Notes under the pieces: generated by a model
What the model saw: only the letters and a program-made list of their open reading frames with translations
The model's database searches: none
What the model was told of the DNA's origin: nothing
Translations under genes and position numbers: made by a program
Part shown: positions 21,706-31,977 of the stretch, piece by piece
Layout of the letters: each line of letters starts with the position of its first letter
Numbering within the stretch: the stretch's first letter is position 1
Assembly (NCBI GenBank): GCA_963813075.1
Contig: CAWEXU010000004.1
Location: forward strand, 128,001 to 192,000
Reading direction: 5' to 3'
Source: Methanotrichaceae archaeon
GTDB taxonomy: Archaea; Halobacteriota; Methanosarcinia; Methanotrichales; Methanotrichaceae
DNA length: 64,000 nucleotides

Positions 21706-22437
21706 TCAGAGACGGTTTATCTCCCCCAGCCTTTCCGGCCCCGCCATCAGCTCCGTTCCCACCAGCAGCGCATCCGCCCCCGCCTGCACCATCCGCCTGG
21801 CGTCCTTCGGGCTGTGCACCCCGCTCTCCGCCACCAGGAACACCCCCGCCTCTCGCGCCAGAGGCGCTAGCCGCTCGAAGGTCTCTAGATCCACTTCCAG
21901 AGTCTTCAGGTTGCGATTGTTTATGCCGATGATACGGGCATCTGTCTCCAGAGCCCTTTTCATCTCCTCCTCCGAATGGACCTCCACCAGTGGCTCCATT
22001 CCCAGATCCCTGGCCGCGGCAATGAAGCGGTCCAAATCGATATCCAGGGCGGCGATGAGCAGCACCAGATCCGCCTGGACCTCCGAGAGCTGCTCCTTAC
22101 TGAATATGAAGTCCTTTCTCAGGACCGGCAGGCCCGCCCGGCGAGCGGTCCGCGCATTCTCCAGACTGCCTTTGAAGTGAGTGGGCTCGGTGAGAACGGA
22201 GATGGCGCAGGCACCGTACTCTGCATAAGCCCGAGCATAGGCCGCCACCTCCTCCTGACTGAGCGTCCTGCCCAGGGCCTTGGGCTTGATCTCGGCGATG
22301 ATGGGTATCAGCCCTTTGCTCTTCGCTGCCCTGGCAGAGGAAACCAGATCCCTCCTCTCCTCCGCCGGCCAGGCAACCGCTGTCGCCGGCCCGCGGGCGC
22401 GGGAGGCCTCCAGGATGCCGTCGATTAAGGAGTGCAT
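21706..22437 (-). CDS. trpC: Indole-3-glycerol-phosphate synthase
   Basis: IIAEIKP, ISVLTEP, LRKDFI, IGINNRNL, VAESG and LLVGTELM motifs. Confidence 0.95.
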   Translation of the reverse strand: MHSLIDGILEASRARGPATAVAWPAEERRDLVSSARAAKSKGLIPIIAEIKPKALGRTLSQEEVAAYARAYAEYGACAISVLTEPTHFKGSLENARTARRAGLPVLRKDFIFSKEQLSEVQADLVLLIAALDIDLDRFIAAARDLGMEPLVEVHSEEEMKRALETDARIIGINNRNLKTLEVDLETFERLAPLAREAGVFLVAESGVHSPKDARRMVQAGADALLVGTELMAGPERLGEINRL

Positions 22438-23006
22438 TCTTCCATCTCCTCCACCCAGTTCTTGATGATCCTCTTTCCCGAGGGAGTGAGCACCGACTCC
22501 GGATGGAACTGCAGCCCGCAGTGAGGCCGATTCTTGTGGCGGATGGCCATCACCACCCCCTCCGCGCTCCGGGCACAGGCCACCACCTCCGGGCTGAGCC
22601 TTTCAATGGCCAGGGAGTGGTAGCGACCGCCCTGCAAGGGATTCTCCACTCCCCGGAATATCCCCCGGCCATCATGCTCGATCTGGGAGGTCTTGCCGTG
22701 CAGAGGCCTGGTATGAGATATGGTCCCCCCATAGGCCAGGTTCATCGCCTGGTGGCCCAGACACACCCCCAGGATGGGCGTCCTGGGAAAGCCCAGGATT
22801 ATCTCCAGGCAGCTGCCGATGTCCCTCGCCCTGGCCGGATGACCGGGACCCGGGGAGATCACAATCCCCCTGGGGTCCAGCCTCTCCACTTCCGCCACAG
22901 AGATGGTGTTGGGGCGGACGATGGTGTTATCGTAGTATATGGATACGTAGTCCACCAGGTTCCAGACGAAGGAGTCATGATTGTCCACAAAGAGAATCGG
23001 CCTCAT
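22425..23006 (-). CDS. trpG: Anthranilate synthase component II
   Basis: DNHDSFVWNL, ISPGPGHP, GVCLGHQ, RYHSL and QFHPES motifs. Confidence 0.95.
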   Translation of the reverse strand: MRPILFVDNHDSFVWNLVDYVSIYYDNTIVRPNTISVAEVERLDPRGIVISPGPGHPARARDIGSCLEIILGFPRTPILGVCLGHQAMNLAYGGTISHTRPLHGKTSQIEHDGRGIFRGVENPLQGGRYHSLAIERLSPEVVACARSAEGVVMAIRHKNRPHCGLQFHPESVLTPSGKRIIKNWVEEMEECTP

Positions 23007-24454
23007 GCCGCCACACCCAGGGCCCTTTTCATGGCTGCCATCTTCCTTTCCGTCTCCTGGTATTCCTTCTCCGGGTCCGAATCCGCCACGATCCCCGCCC
23101 CTGCCTGCACTGTGGCCACGCCGTCCTTGACCAGAACGCTTCTTATGGCTATGGCGAAGTCCGAACTCCCGTCTATGGAGAAGTATCCTATGCCCCCGCC
23201 ATAAATTCCCCGCGGAGCCCCCTCCAGCTCATCGATGATCTCCATCGCCCGCAGCTTGGGGGCGCCGGATAGTGTGCCCGCCGGAAATACCGACCGCGCG
23301 GCATCGAACTGGTCGCACTCCTCCCGCAATTCGCCAATCACTGTGGTCTCTATGTGCTGGACATGAGAGTATTGCAGAACGGACATGAAATCCTCTACCT
23401 GAACCGTTCCTGACCGGCACACGGATCGCACGTCATTACGGCCCAGGTCCACCAGCATCACATGCTCCGCCCTCTCCTTCTCATCATTGAGCATAATCCG
23501 GGCATACCGGTCGTCCTCGGATTTTGTCCTCCCGCGTGGACAGGTCCCGGCAATGGGGTTGACCTTCAACATGCGATTGTAGGTGTTGAAGAGGGTCTCG
23601 GGCGACGCTCCCACAATGGCCAGCTCCCCGAACTCGAATAGATAGGTGTAAGGGCTGGGATTGATGCTTCTCAGCTTCAAATAGAGCTTGACCGGATCCG
23701 GACACTCAATTCTGGTCGACCGGGCTAAGACGACCTGAAATATGTCCCCGTCGATGATATGCTCCTTGGCCTGGCAGACGGCATCCTTGTACTCCTCGGG
23801 CTCCCCAGCGGAGAGCACCCTGCCGGAAATATTCGGATCCTCGTCCGGATTGTAATGGGGATCAATTCCGGCAATGGTCTCAATCAGATTGACCTTGGGG
23901 CCGGGCAGAATGGGGGCGATGGAGAAGTAGACCTTGCGGTCCAGGTGATCGAAGATGAAGGTGCTCTCCGCCAGGCCGAACTGGGCGTCCGGAGTGTCAG
24001 AGGTCGAGCTCTTCCCCAGCCTCTCATTCACCAGGTCGTAAGCCAGATAGCCTATCCCTCCCCCGGTGAACACCTGCCTGGAGAAGCTGTTGGGCGCTCC
24101 ACGGCAGGAAGGTATGGCCGCCCTCAGCACATCGAAGAGGTCGTAGCCATCTTTGATCGGCCCCTGGAGAACTGAGCCCTTCTTTTCCACCTCCACGCAT
24201 ACGGAGAGCCTCTCGGACATCGGCTCCATTCCGCCGTTGAAAAACTCCATCTTAAGGAAGCGGTTCTTGACCGAGATCATGGCCGATGGATCGGCTCCCA
24301 CAAAAGAGAACCTGGCCTTCTGCCCGGACTTCTCCACCGACTCCAGGAGATAGGGGTACCGGCGATCGCGCAGAGCCATGTATAAAGACAGGGGCGCGTC
24401 CACGCTGACCTTATTGCTCACATCTATGAACACCGGAGCTACAGCGCTTGGCAT
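23003..24454 (-). CDS. trpE: Anthranilate synthase component I
   Basis: LLES, GDIFQVVL, NPSPY, KERAEHVMLVDLGRND and PAGTLSGAPK motifs. Confidence 0.95.
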   Translation of the reverse strand: MPSAVAPVFIDVSNKVSVDAPLSLYMALRDRRYPYLLESVEKSGQKARFSFVGADPSAMISVKNRFLKMEFFNGGMEPMSERLSVCVEVEKKGSVLQGPIKDGYDLFDVLRAAIPSCRGAPNSFSRQVFTGGGIGYLAYDLVNERLGKSSTSDTPDAQFGLAESTFIFDHLDRKVYFSIAPILPGPKVNLIETIAGIDPHYNPDEDPNISGRVLSAGEPEEYKDAVCQAKEHIIDGDIFQVVLARSTRIECPDPVKLYLKLRSINPSPYTYLFEFGELAIVGASPETLFNTYNRMLKVNPIAGTCPRGRTKSEDDRYARIMLNDEKERAEHVMLVDLGRNDVRSVCRSGTVQVEDFMSVLQYSHVQHIETTVIGELREECDQFDAARSVFPAGTLSGAPKLRAMEIIDELEGAPRGIYGGGIGYFSIDGSSDFAIAIRSVLVKDGVATVQAGAGIVADSDPEKEYQETERKMAAMKRALGVAA

Positions 24455-25079
24455 CCTCTCACCTTCTCTACAAATGCTCGGACCTTAAAGGGGTCCTTTC
24501 TGCCCCCGGTCTCTGTGCCACTGGAGACATCCACCGCATAGGGCCTCACCTTCTCTATAGCCTGAACGACATTTTCCGGGTCAAGCCCCCCGGCCAGGAT
24601 CACCGGCACCTGAAGCGATCTGACGATCCCGGCGCTCTTATCCCAGTCGTGTACCCTTCCCGTCCCGCCCAGCTTTCCTTCGACCATGCTGTCTAAGAGT
24701 ATTGCATCCGCCACCGATTCGTATCTTTTTGCCTGCTTGTCGCCGTCATTTGCGGCCACGGCAACCACCAGCTTCTGGCGAAGCCGGCCCTTCAACTCCA
24801 TAATATCCGAAGGAGGCAGCATTGAATGCAGCTGGAGGACATCTGCCCGGGTGGTATCGGCCAGCCGCAGGGCATCATCCACATCCCTGGGGTGGATCAC
24901 CGCCACGCTCTTGGTGTAAACCGGCACCCTGCGGATCAGATCCGCAGCTTTTTGGGCAGAGATGCAGTGCCTGGACTCTTCGATCTCCACCACAAATCCC
25001 ACGGCATCCGCTCCTGCCTGAAGGGCAACTGGCTAGATTCGTCACTATTCATAATTCCGCAGATCTTGACCCTGGTCAT
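24439..25079 (-). CDS. trpF: Phosphoribosylanthranilate isomerase (frameshift near 25035)
   Basis: MTRVKICGI start at 25079 (ATGA overlap with the trpD stop), then AGADAVGFV, QLH, GGTGRVHDW, LAGGL and VDVSSG. Confidence 0.9.
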
Positions 25080-26109
25080 AAGAAGCGCTCCAGCTTCTCT
25101 GGCTCGCCGTTTGCCTTAACCATCCTCTTCAGAGTCTTCAAGGCCTCTCCGGAATCGATGGCCTCCTCGGCCATGCTCGCCCCCTTCTTCAGAGTGGAGG
25201 CCAGGCCCGATACATAGACCGCCGCCCCGGAGTTGATGACGATGATATCCCTGGCCGGGGAGATCTCGCCTCTCAATACCTCGACCAGCTTGCGGGCGTT
25301 CTCATCGGGCATCCCGCCGGCGATATCGGCGCTTTTGGCCTGGGGGTAGCCCAGATCCTCGGGCCGGAGGGTGTAGTTCTTCACCGATCCGTCCTTCAGC
25401 TCAGAGACGCGGGTCTCGCCGGTGTTGGTGATCTCGTCCATGCCCTCGCCGTTCACCACCATCGCCCTCTTCGCCCCCAGTATTTGCAGCACCTGGCCAG
25501 CGTCTCGCACAGGGCCGGATCGTAGACTCCCATCACCTGCGCCTTCGCCCCGGCGGGATTGGTGAGGGGGCCCAGGATATTGAAGACGGTGCGAATGCCC
25601 AATTCACGTCTCACCGGGCCCACCCGCTTCATGGCGGGGTGGAATGCCGGCGCCAGCATGAATCCTATTCCCACCTCCTGAATCAGAGACTGGACCTCTG
25701 CCGGGTCGGAGCTGATCCGCACCCCCAGAGCGTCCAGGACGTTGGCGCTGCCGCACTTCGAGCTGATGGCATAGTTGCCGTGCTTGGCCACGGGCACGCC
25801 GCAGGCGGCGGTGACTATGGCCGCTGCGGTGCTCACATTGATGGTGTTCGAGCCGTCCCCTCCTGTGCCGCAGGTATCGACCAGCGTGCCACTTACAGAG
25901 GGCTCTATGCGGATGGCGGACTCTCGCATCTTCCTGGCAAATCCAGCGATCTCTGATACCGATTCGCCCTTTCTTCGCAGTGCAACCAGAACCGCTCCGA
26001 TCATAGCATCGGATGCCTTATTGAAGATCTCGTCCATCAGGGCCTCAGACTCCTCCAGGGAGAGGTCCTGCCCTTCCATGATCTTTTGAAGATAACTCAA
26101 ATGAATCAC
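25076..26109 (-). CDS. trpD: Anthranilate phosphoribosyltransferase (frameshift near 25500)
   Basis: DTCGTGGDG, NVST, KHGN, FHPAMK and RTVFNILGPLTNP; C-terminal GMDEI in ORF 25076..25510. Confidence 0.95.
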
Positions 26110-26121
26110 CAGATTAGTTGA

Positions 26122-26168
26122 TGTACAACTTTGTACTATACTGAGTAAAAACGTACATTGTATTTATA
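26122..26168 (-). promoter_or_regulatory. trp operon promoter with TRP boxes (TrpY-type operator)
   Basis: TGTACA (26122) - 4 nt - TGTACT (26132), a third box CGTACA at 26152, and TATA box TATAAATA on the minus strand at 26161-26168. Confidence 0.75.
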
Positions 26169-26456
26169 GATTATGCATTGCTGACCAGAAGATTCCATAG
26201 TGCAGGGGAGGCTGCCATAGACCTGATCGACCTCATATCGCATCGATCTCATCCCATGCGCCCTTCTCTGTCCGATCGGCTATAGGGTCGACTACAGGGC
26301 CGGGGGCTTAGGGTCAGCGATAGTATCGGCTGTAGGGTCAGCCGACAGTATCGGCTATAGCGTCAGCTAGAGTCCTATATTTAGTCAGAAATCAGCGATC
26401 TCTGCCGCAAAGGGGATAATCCAGCAGGCCGTATTCAGGGATTCGAATGAGGGCAT

Positions 26457-27353
26457 GTGGGTGGATCTATGGTTGAAAGAAAGAATTCAATGATATTGGC
26501 GGCGGCGATATTGGCCTTGATGGTGCTGGCCGGGATGATGGCCGCGGTTGCCGTGGATCTCGGCACTCAGACCGATCCGGATGAGGAGCTGATAGTCTTT
26601 TGCGGTGCGGGATTCACCGGGGCCATAAGCGAGATCGGCGAGATCTATGAGAACATCAGCGGCCGGCGAGTGCGATTCAATTTCGATGGCCTTCCCTCTC
26701 TGCGGGTTCAGATCGCAGAGGGTGCCTATGCCGATCTTTTGATATCGCCGGATCAGAGGTACATGGATCCACTGGTCGATGAAGGCTTTATTGAGAAGGA
26801 CACAGTCGAGGTCTTTGCCGGGAATCTGGTGGCAGTGGTCGTACCGGCTAGTAACCCCGCCAATATCACCACCATCCGGGACCTGGCCGCTCCAGGGACC
26901 AAGATCGTGATGGGAATAAAGGAGCTTCCCATAGGAGACCATGCCCTGCAGGTCCTTGACCATCTGGCAGAGGATCCCGAATACGGACCGGCCTATAAAG
27001 AGGCGGTCCTCGCCAATGTGGTATCTTTAGAGACCCGGGTCACGGGCATTGTCTCCAAGGTCGCTTTGGGGGAGGCGGATGCCGGGTTTGCCTTCATGTC
27101 CGATGTCACCCCCCAGATGAAAGAGAAGATCAGAAAGATCTCCATTCCAGAGCGATACAATGTACGGGGAGACTGCAGTGCGGCTGTGTTATCACAATCC
27201 GATAATTCTGAGGCCGCAGAGGCATTCATCGATCTATTGATGTCAAATGATGCTCAGGCCATACTGGATGAATACGGATTTATTGCAGGACCCAATGGTG
27301 AAGGCTCAAAGATATTAAGAGGCCATGAGGTTATAAGGTACCACCAGCATTGA
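26457..27353 (+). CDS. modA: Molybdate/tungstate ABC transporter substrate-binding protein
   Basis: Signal/TM segment, VFCGAGF, NFDG..LRVQIAEGAYAD, PIGDHA and LGEADAGFAFMSD. Confidence 0.85.
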   Translation: MGGSMVERKNSMILAAAILALMVLAGMMAAVAVDLGTQTDPDEELIVFCGAGFTGAISEIGEIYENISGRRVRFNFDGLPSLRVQIAEGAYADLLISPDQRYMDPLVDEGFIEKDTVEVFAGNLVAVVVPASNPANITTIRDLAAPGTKIVMGIKELPIGDHALQVLDHLAEDPEYGPAYKEAVLANVVSLETRVTGIVSKVALGEADAGFAFMSDVTPQMKEKIRKISIPERYNVRGDCSAAVLSQSDNSEAAEAFIDLLMSNDAQAILDEYGFIAGPNGEGSKILRGHEVIRYHQH

Positions 27354-27365
27354 GAGGGAATTACT

Positions 27366-28145
27366 ATGACCAGCGGAGAATTGTTAGAGGAGACAAAGAG
27401 GCGTTTTATCCAGCTATTGCAGTCCCAGGAGGGCGAGGCCTATCGCCGGGAGATGGATGGTGAGGTGGTCATCAGCCGGCCGCTCAGCGCTCTGGAGGCC
27501 ATCGGAGATCCGGGAAGGGACGATTTTCCCATAATCAGAGGGAAGGAGGTTCTCATGCAGGCAACCTTCAAGGGAGTGGCCGGACAGGCGTTCACCGCTG
27601 CCAGGGGAGACTTCCGGGGAACATTAGGGGATGTCCTGGCTCTGCCTCTGAATGAGAACTTCGAGCGGGCGGTCTTTGTTGCCACCATGAATGCCGCACT
27701 CAGATATCTGGGCAAGATCGAGAATACCGTCCACTGCCGGGATGATGGCCCGAAAAAGTGCTCATCTTTGGCCGCGGACTGGCTGAGAGATCAGAAATGG
27801 GAGAAGGTGGGCCTGGTGGGCCTGCAGCCGGCCATTCTGGGAGCATTAGTTGAGGCCTTCGGCAGGGAAAGGGTGATGGTCTCGGACCTGGCAGAGGCGG
27901 GCAGCGAGCGCTGTGGGGTCCGGGTGCTGGACGGCCTGAATTCCGGTGAGATATTCGAGCAGTGTCAGATCATTTTGATCACCGGATCGACCATAGTTAA
28001 CGGCACCATCGACGGCCTCCTGGAGCAGGCAGCTGAGCACGACCGAAGGGTGGTGCTCTTCGGAGTGACCATAGCCGGAGCGGCATATCTCCTGGGAGCT
28101 GGAGAGCTGGTGCGCCTGCTCGACCTGAGAGCATTTGAGGGATGA
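27366..28145 (+). CDS. DUF364/Rossmann-like domain protein
   Basis: EAIGDPGRDDFPIIRGKEVLMQA, TVHCRDDGP and ITGSTIVNGTID. Confidence 0.75.
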   Translation: MTSGELLEETKRRFIQLLQSQEGEAYRREMDGEVVISRPLSALEAIGDPGRDDFPIIRGKEVLMQATFKGVAGQAFTAARGDFRGTLGDVLALPLNENFERAVFVATMNAALRYLGKIENTVHCRDDGPKKCSSLAADWLRDQKWEKVGLVGLQPAILGALVEAFGRERVMVSDLAEAGSERCGVRVLDGLNSGEIFEQCQIILITGSTIVNGTIDGLLEQAAEHDRRVVLFGVTIAGAAYLLGAGELVRLLDLRAFEG

Positions 28146-28244
28146 TGAGCAGGATCATTGAGCATGGTCTTTAAAAACGCTGAACAAAAAAATATAAGAT
28201 TAAATATATAAGCAAAAATTATTTGCATTCAGGAGAGATCAGAC

Positions 28245-28532
28245 CTACCACTTGCCGCTCTCGATGACATTGAGCTTGTCCATTACCTGGGCTATGGCCT
28301 CTGGACTCAGATTATGCTTCCGGCAGATCTTAAGGACGCGCCCCAGCTCGGTATTCTGATCGGTTCCCGTGAGCTGGGCGGCATAGATCTCTGCTGCATC
28401 CAGGCCTTTCTCCATAACCACCCTCTTGGCCTCCTTCAGAACATCCCCGGTTATGCAACTCCTGGCAGCGCCGATCTCCTCAATTGCTTTTCCCATATCC
28501 TCCAATTCCTTTGAACTCAGCATCTCTTTCAC
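28245..28532 (-). CDS. Hypothetical protein
   Basis: Clean 95-aa helical-looking ORF with AT-rich promoter region upstream. Confidence 0.7.
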   Translation of the reverse strand: MKEMLSSKELEDMGKAIEEIGAARSCITGDVLKEAKRVVMEKGLDAAEIYAAQLTGTDQNTELGRVLKICRKHNLSPEAIAQVMDKLNVIESGKW

Positions 28533-28923
28533 CTCGCAGATTCTATATGAATAATGATAGGACTTAATATCATAAATATCTATTGAGAACGAATATCAAT
28601 ATGCAATGCACGCGATCCTGGGAAAAGATTTATGCCTGAAGATCGTCATTCAGGTCTTTTGCTCGCTCTTGTCCCCGGACATGCCCTTCGCAGGAGGGGA
28701 TGATTCACGGCTCATCTTTCGGGAATCGTTCTCTTCTTCCAGGTCGGACAAATCTGCTCCGCACATCGCTGGATCTCTTCATTGCCGCTATAAATAGTCG
28801 AGCAGATGCCAGCAACTGCCTTCCAAGGGCAGCAAAGCAAGCCATCGCCTGGCTGACAATGGCATAGCTGGGCTTATCCCGCCACCGCAAGACCTATTAT
28901 CCCAAGAATGGTTCTGGCAATAC

Positions 28924-29883
28924 ATGTCGAACCTGAATGTGGCGATCCTGGGCGCCTCTGACTACGGCAAGGAATTAGGAAAGAAGGGCACTGTCAGCGA
29001 TCTTACCTTTTATAATCTGAAGAAAGGGGAGAATACCGTCACCCTCATCGAGCCGAGCAGATACCCGGAGAGGATAGCCCCCCTATTTTACGCCGTCTCC
29101 ATGTCCCAGAAGACCCTGTTGATTGTGGATCAGATGGATCCCGCCTTTGGGGAGACGGTTCTCATGCTGGACTCTCTGGGCAAGAACGAAGGCATGGTGA
29201 TCTTGAGAAACTTCATCAGCAGAGACCAGATCAGCCCTTTCATCAAAGGCACAGTGGTTGATGGATACGAATTTCTGGATGATGATAAAAACGCCCTGCG
29301 TGAGAAGCTCCTGGACTATGCCGCGAAGCTTGAGACCCGCTACGACTCTCCAACCGGAACGATGCCTGTCGACCACTTCTTCAATGTGCGGGGCATAGGA
29401 ACAGTGGTCTTAGGATCGGTGGCTGAGGGGACCCTGAAAAAGCATGATGAGCTGATGGTCCTCCCCGGAGACAAGACCGCCCAGATCCGGTCAATTCAGA
29501 AGCATGATGAGGACTTCGATGTGGCCGGGGTGGGGGAAAGAACAGGGATAGCCCTCAAAGGAGTCGACGTCGAGGACCTGGATAGGGGGACAATCCTCAC
29601 CAACGACAAATCGATCAAGAAGGTCTCAGAAATCTCAGTAAAAGCCCAGATCGTCAAGTACTGGCCCAGCCCCCTCAAAGAGGGAATGGTGCTTCACATC
29701 GGCCACTGGATGCAGTTCGTCCCGGCCAGGGTGCAGGAGGTATTGCCGGAGGCAGACTGGCACCGAGCAGAGCTTAAACTGAAGCTGGACAAGATGCTCA
29801 TCTTCCGGCCAGGGGCAAAGGCGGTCCTGACCTATCCCGAGGGAGGAAAGCTCAGAGTGGTGGGGACAGTAGACCTTCCCTGA
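28924..29883 (+). CDS. Archaeal SelB-like/EF-Tu-like protein with degenerate G domain
   Basis: LGKKGTVSDLTFYN N-terminus; EF-Tu domain II motif VDHFFNVRGIGTVVLG...IRSIQKHD...RGTIL. Confidence 0.85.
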   Translation: MSNLNVAILGASDYGKELGKKGTVSDLTFYNLKKGENTVTLIEPSRYPERIAPLFYAVSMSQKTLLIVDQMDPAFGETVLMLDSLGKNEGMVILRNFISRDQISPFIKGTVVDGYEFLDDDKNALREKLLDYAAKLETRYDSPTGTMPVDHFFNVRGIGTVVLGSVAEGTLKKHDELMVLPGDKTAQIRSIQKHDEDFDVAGVGERTGIALKGVDVEDLDRGTILTNDKSIKKVSEISVKAQIVKYWPSPLKEGMVLHIGHWMQFVPARVQEVLPEADWHRAELKLKLDKMLIFRPGAKAVLTYPEGGKLRVVGTVDLP

Positions 29884-29893
29884 AGGCCGGAAG

Positions 29894-30157
29894 CTAGTCC
29901 TCTGAGGATGAAGAGCTGGTCTCCTGCCAGTGTTCTCCTCTGGAGGGAGCCGTCCTCAATGCCTCTTCGCGTTCGGCATTCAGCAGCCCATCCAGCCAGT
30001 CGTTGAGCTTTTTGCCGGTATTATGCTTTGCCCAGTACGACTGGAGCCTGACATGCTGGTCGCAGCGGTGGTTGAGGCTGATGCCGCGCTGGCAGATGGG
30101 CCCGCCGCACGGCCCGTGGCCCTTCAGGTCGCATTCTATTGCATTCATCTCATCCAT
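29894..30157 (-). CDS. Small Cys/His-containing hypothetical protein
   Basis: 87-aa ORF directly downstream of mch on the same strand. Confidence 0.55.
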   Translation of the reverse strand: MDEMNAIECDLKGHGPCGGPICQRGISLNHRCDQHVRLQSYWAKHNTGKKLNDWLDGLLNAEREEALRTAPSRGEHWQETSSSSSED

Positions 30158-30228
30158 CGGCTGCTCGAGAGTTTATCTAGATTATCCTGGATCTTTTCCG
30201 GATGAATTAATCCGGATGCTCATAAGAT

Positions 30229-31203
30229 CTAATCCAGATGTTCCAGATGGAACGACTCCGCCAGCACCTCATGATTGGTCTTGCCACAAACGAATGTCCT
30301 TCGCGATCGGACCTCATTCATCACCACTTTGGCCGGTGCGAAGACATTATGGTCCACCTTGAAGAAATCAAAGCCTGCGGCCTTGAAGGTCTGGTAGAAA
30401 GGCGCTCCCCAGTCCCGGGAAGCAGATGAGGGCATCTCCTTCAGGTATTTTTGCAGCTCCTCGATATCCTCATAGACCAGAGTGTAGTAGGTCTCTCCGC
30501 CATAGATAATAGCGTCATTGGATGAGCCCATGCAGTTGGTGGCGTCCCCGGTGATGGGCGAGATGGGCGCTCTCCCCCAGCCGCTCTTGACAGTGTTGAT
30601 GTCAAAGCCCATGGTAAAGAGCTTATGCAGGCCGGTCTCCACCACCCTTGCAGATACCTGCACCAGGCCGGCCACGGAGTCCGTGGGGGCAATGGCAATT
30701 CTCAGGTCAGCGGGATCGATTCCGCACTTCTGGGCAATCGATGCCGAGACCTTCTCATCCGGCAGCTTATTCGACTCCAGGACGATGACCCCGATATCAG
30801 AGAACTCCTCAAACCCGATCTTCTCATACAGGTCACGGGTCTTTCCCGCCAGCACCCTTGCCGGGCCGCTGCCCATGGCGAAGTACTTGTCCGCCTTGAT
30901 CTGCCACATGGCGCACTGGGAGGCCATACATGATACCGCCGGATAGTCCGTGGCCACCTGCACCCCCGGCAGGAGGACTCCGCCTATATCGCATGGACAG
31001 AGCTGAATGTCAGCCAGGTCGCTCATGCACAGGCGGGAGAGGTATATGCCCGCCCCTATCCCCCCCCGGGCCTTCACTCCCGCATCTATGATCACTGTGC
31101 CGTTTTCAAGCTCAGAGACCTCTATTTGCAGCTCATCTCCATAGTCGAGCATCTCCTCGAAGACCTCAAAACCCATCTCATTGATTCCCATCAAGGCGAA
31201 CAC
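30229..31203 (-). CDS. mch: Methenyltetrahydromethanopterin cyclohydrolase
   Basis: CMASQ, FAMGSGPAR, VQVSARVVETG, NDAIIYGG, F..AGFDFFKVD and FAPA motifs. Confidence 0.95.
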   Translation of the reverse strand: MFALMGINEMGFEVFEEMLDYGDELQIEVSELENGTVIIDAGVKARGGIGAGIYLSRLCMSDLADIQLCPCDIGGVLLPGVQVATDYPAVSCMASQCAMWQIKADKYFAMGSGPARVLAGKTRDLYEKIGFEEFSDIGVIVLESNKLPDEKVSASIAQKCGIDPADLRIAIAPTDSVAGLVQVSARVVETGLHKLFTMGFDINTVKSGWGRAPISPITGDATNCMGSSNDAIIYGGETYYTLVYEDIEELQKYLKEMPSSASRDWGAPFYQTFKAAGFDFFKVDHNVFAPAKVVMNEVRSRRTFVCGKTNHEVLAESFHLEHLD

Positions 31204-31333
31204 CTTTCCCCATCGAGAGGGCGATAGTCCATAAAAGTCTATCGAATGAGACCTCTTTCAAGAATTAATATTTTAAAAAAATGACGGACTGCTAGGCAGA
31301 TATTCTGCCTCTCCGGACGAGATTCCGTCCCAC

Positions 31334-31907
31334 TCAGACCGTGGACGGGGTAGCCGAGCCCACGGTATAGGTTGGCCTGGCTTTGGTGCTGCCTACCACA
31401 ACCGCGTCGCTGTTGCTAAGACCGCTGCCGACGACGAAGGTCGGTTTTACTGTCATTCCGAGCATTCTTGCCTCAGCCTGTCTGGTCTCCATCTTGCCAA
31501 GGATTCCAGCTGCCGGGATTATTGTCGGTACGACCTGGGTCTCAGCCCCCACAGATGCTACAGCCGTCTCATTGACCACGGGTGCAGCTTCAACTGCCGC
31601 GGGAATGATCTCTTCCACAGCCACGGTCTCATTCTGGACGGGTGCGGTCAGGTTTTCAGTCGCATTGATGCTCGCATTTTCTGCGGCAGGCACAGTGGCA
31701 TTCAATGTGGCATTGACCTGGGCAGGAGTGACATTGATGGTCTGGTTGGCGGAGAGATTTATGGTTCGTGTTATTCAATGTCGTGTTATTCAATGTCGTG
31801 TTGTTCAGAGCAGTGGCGTTCAGAGAGATATCCTGAGCGGAGACGGCCAGGACTGCGGCCATCATCAGTAGGAGAACGCCTGCGAAATATGTTAATTGTT
31901 TGCTCAT
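31334..31907 (-). CDS. Secreted Asn/Thr-rich hypothetical protein (frameshift near 31755)
   Basis: Signal peptide in ORF 31656..31907, LNNTT tandem repeats, continuation in ORF 31334..31705; many N-x-T/S sequons. Confidence 0.75.
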
Positions 31908-31977
31908 ATAATACCTCGGCCTCCTTTCGAGCCTTTAAGCTTATCAATCTTGCCCATCCAAAGGGCATGGATGGCCA

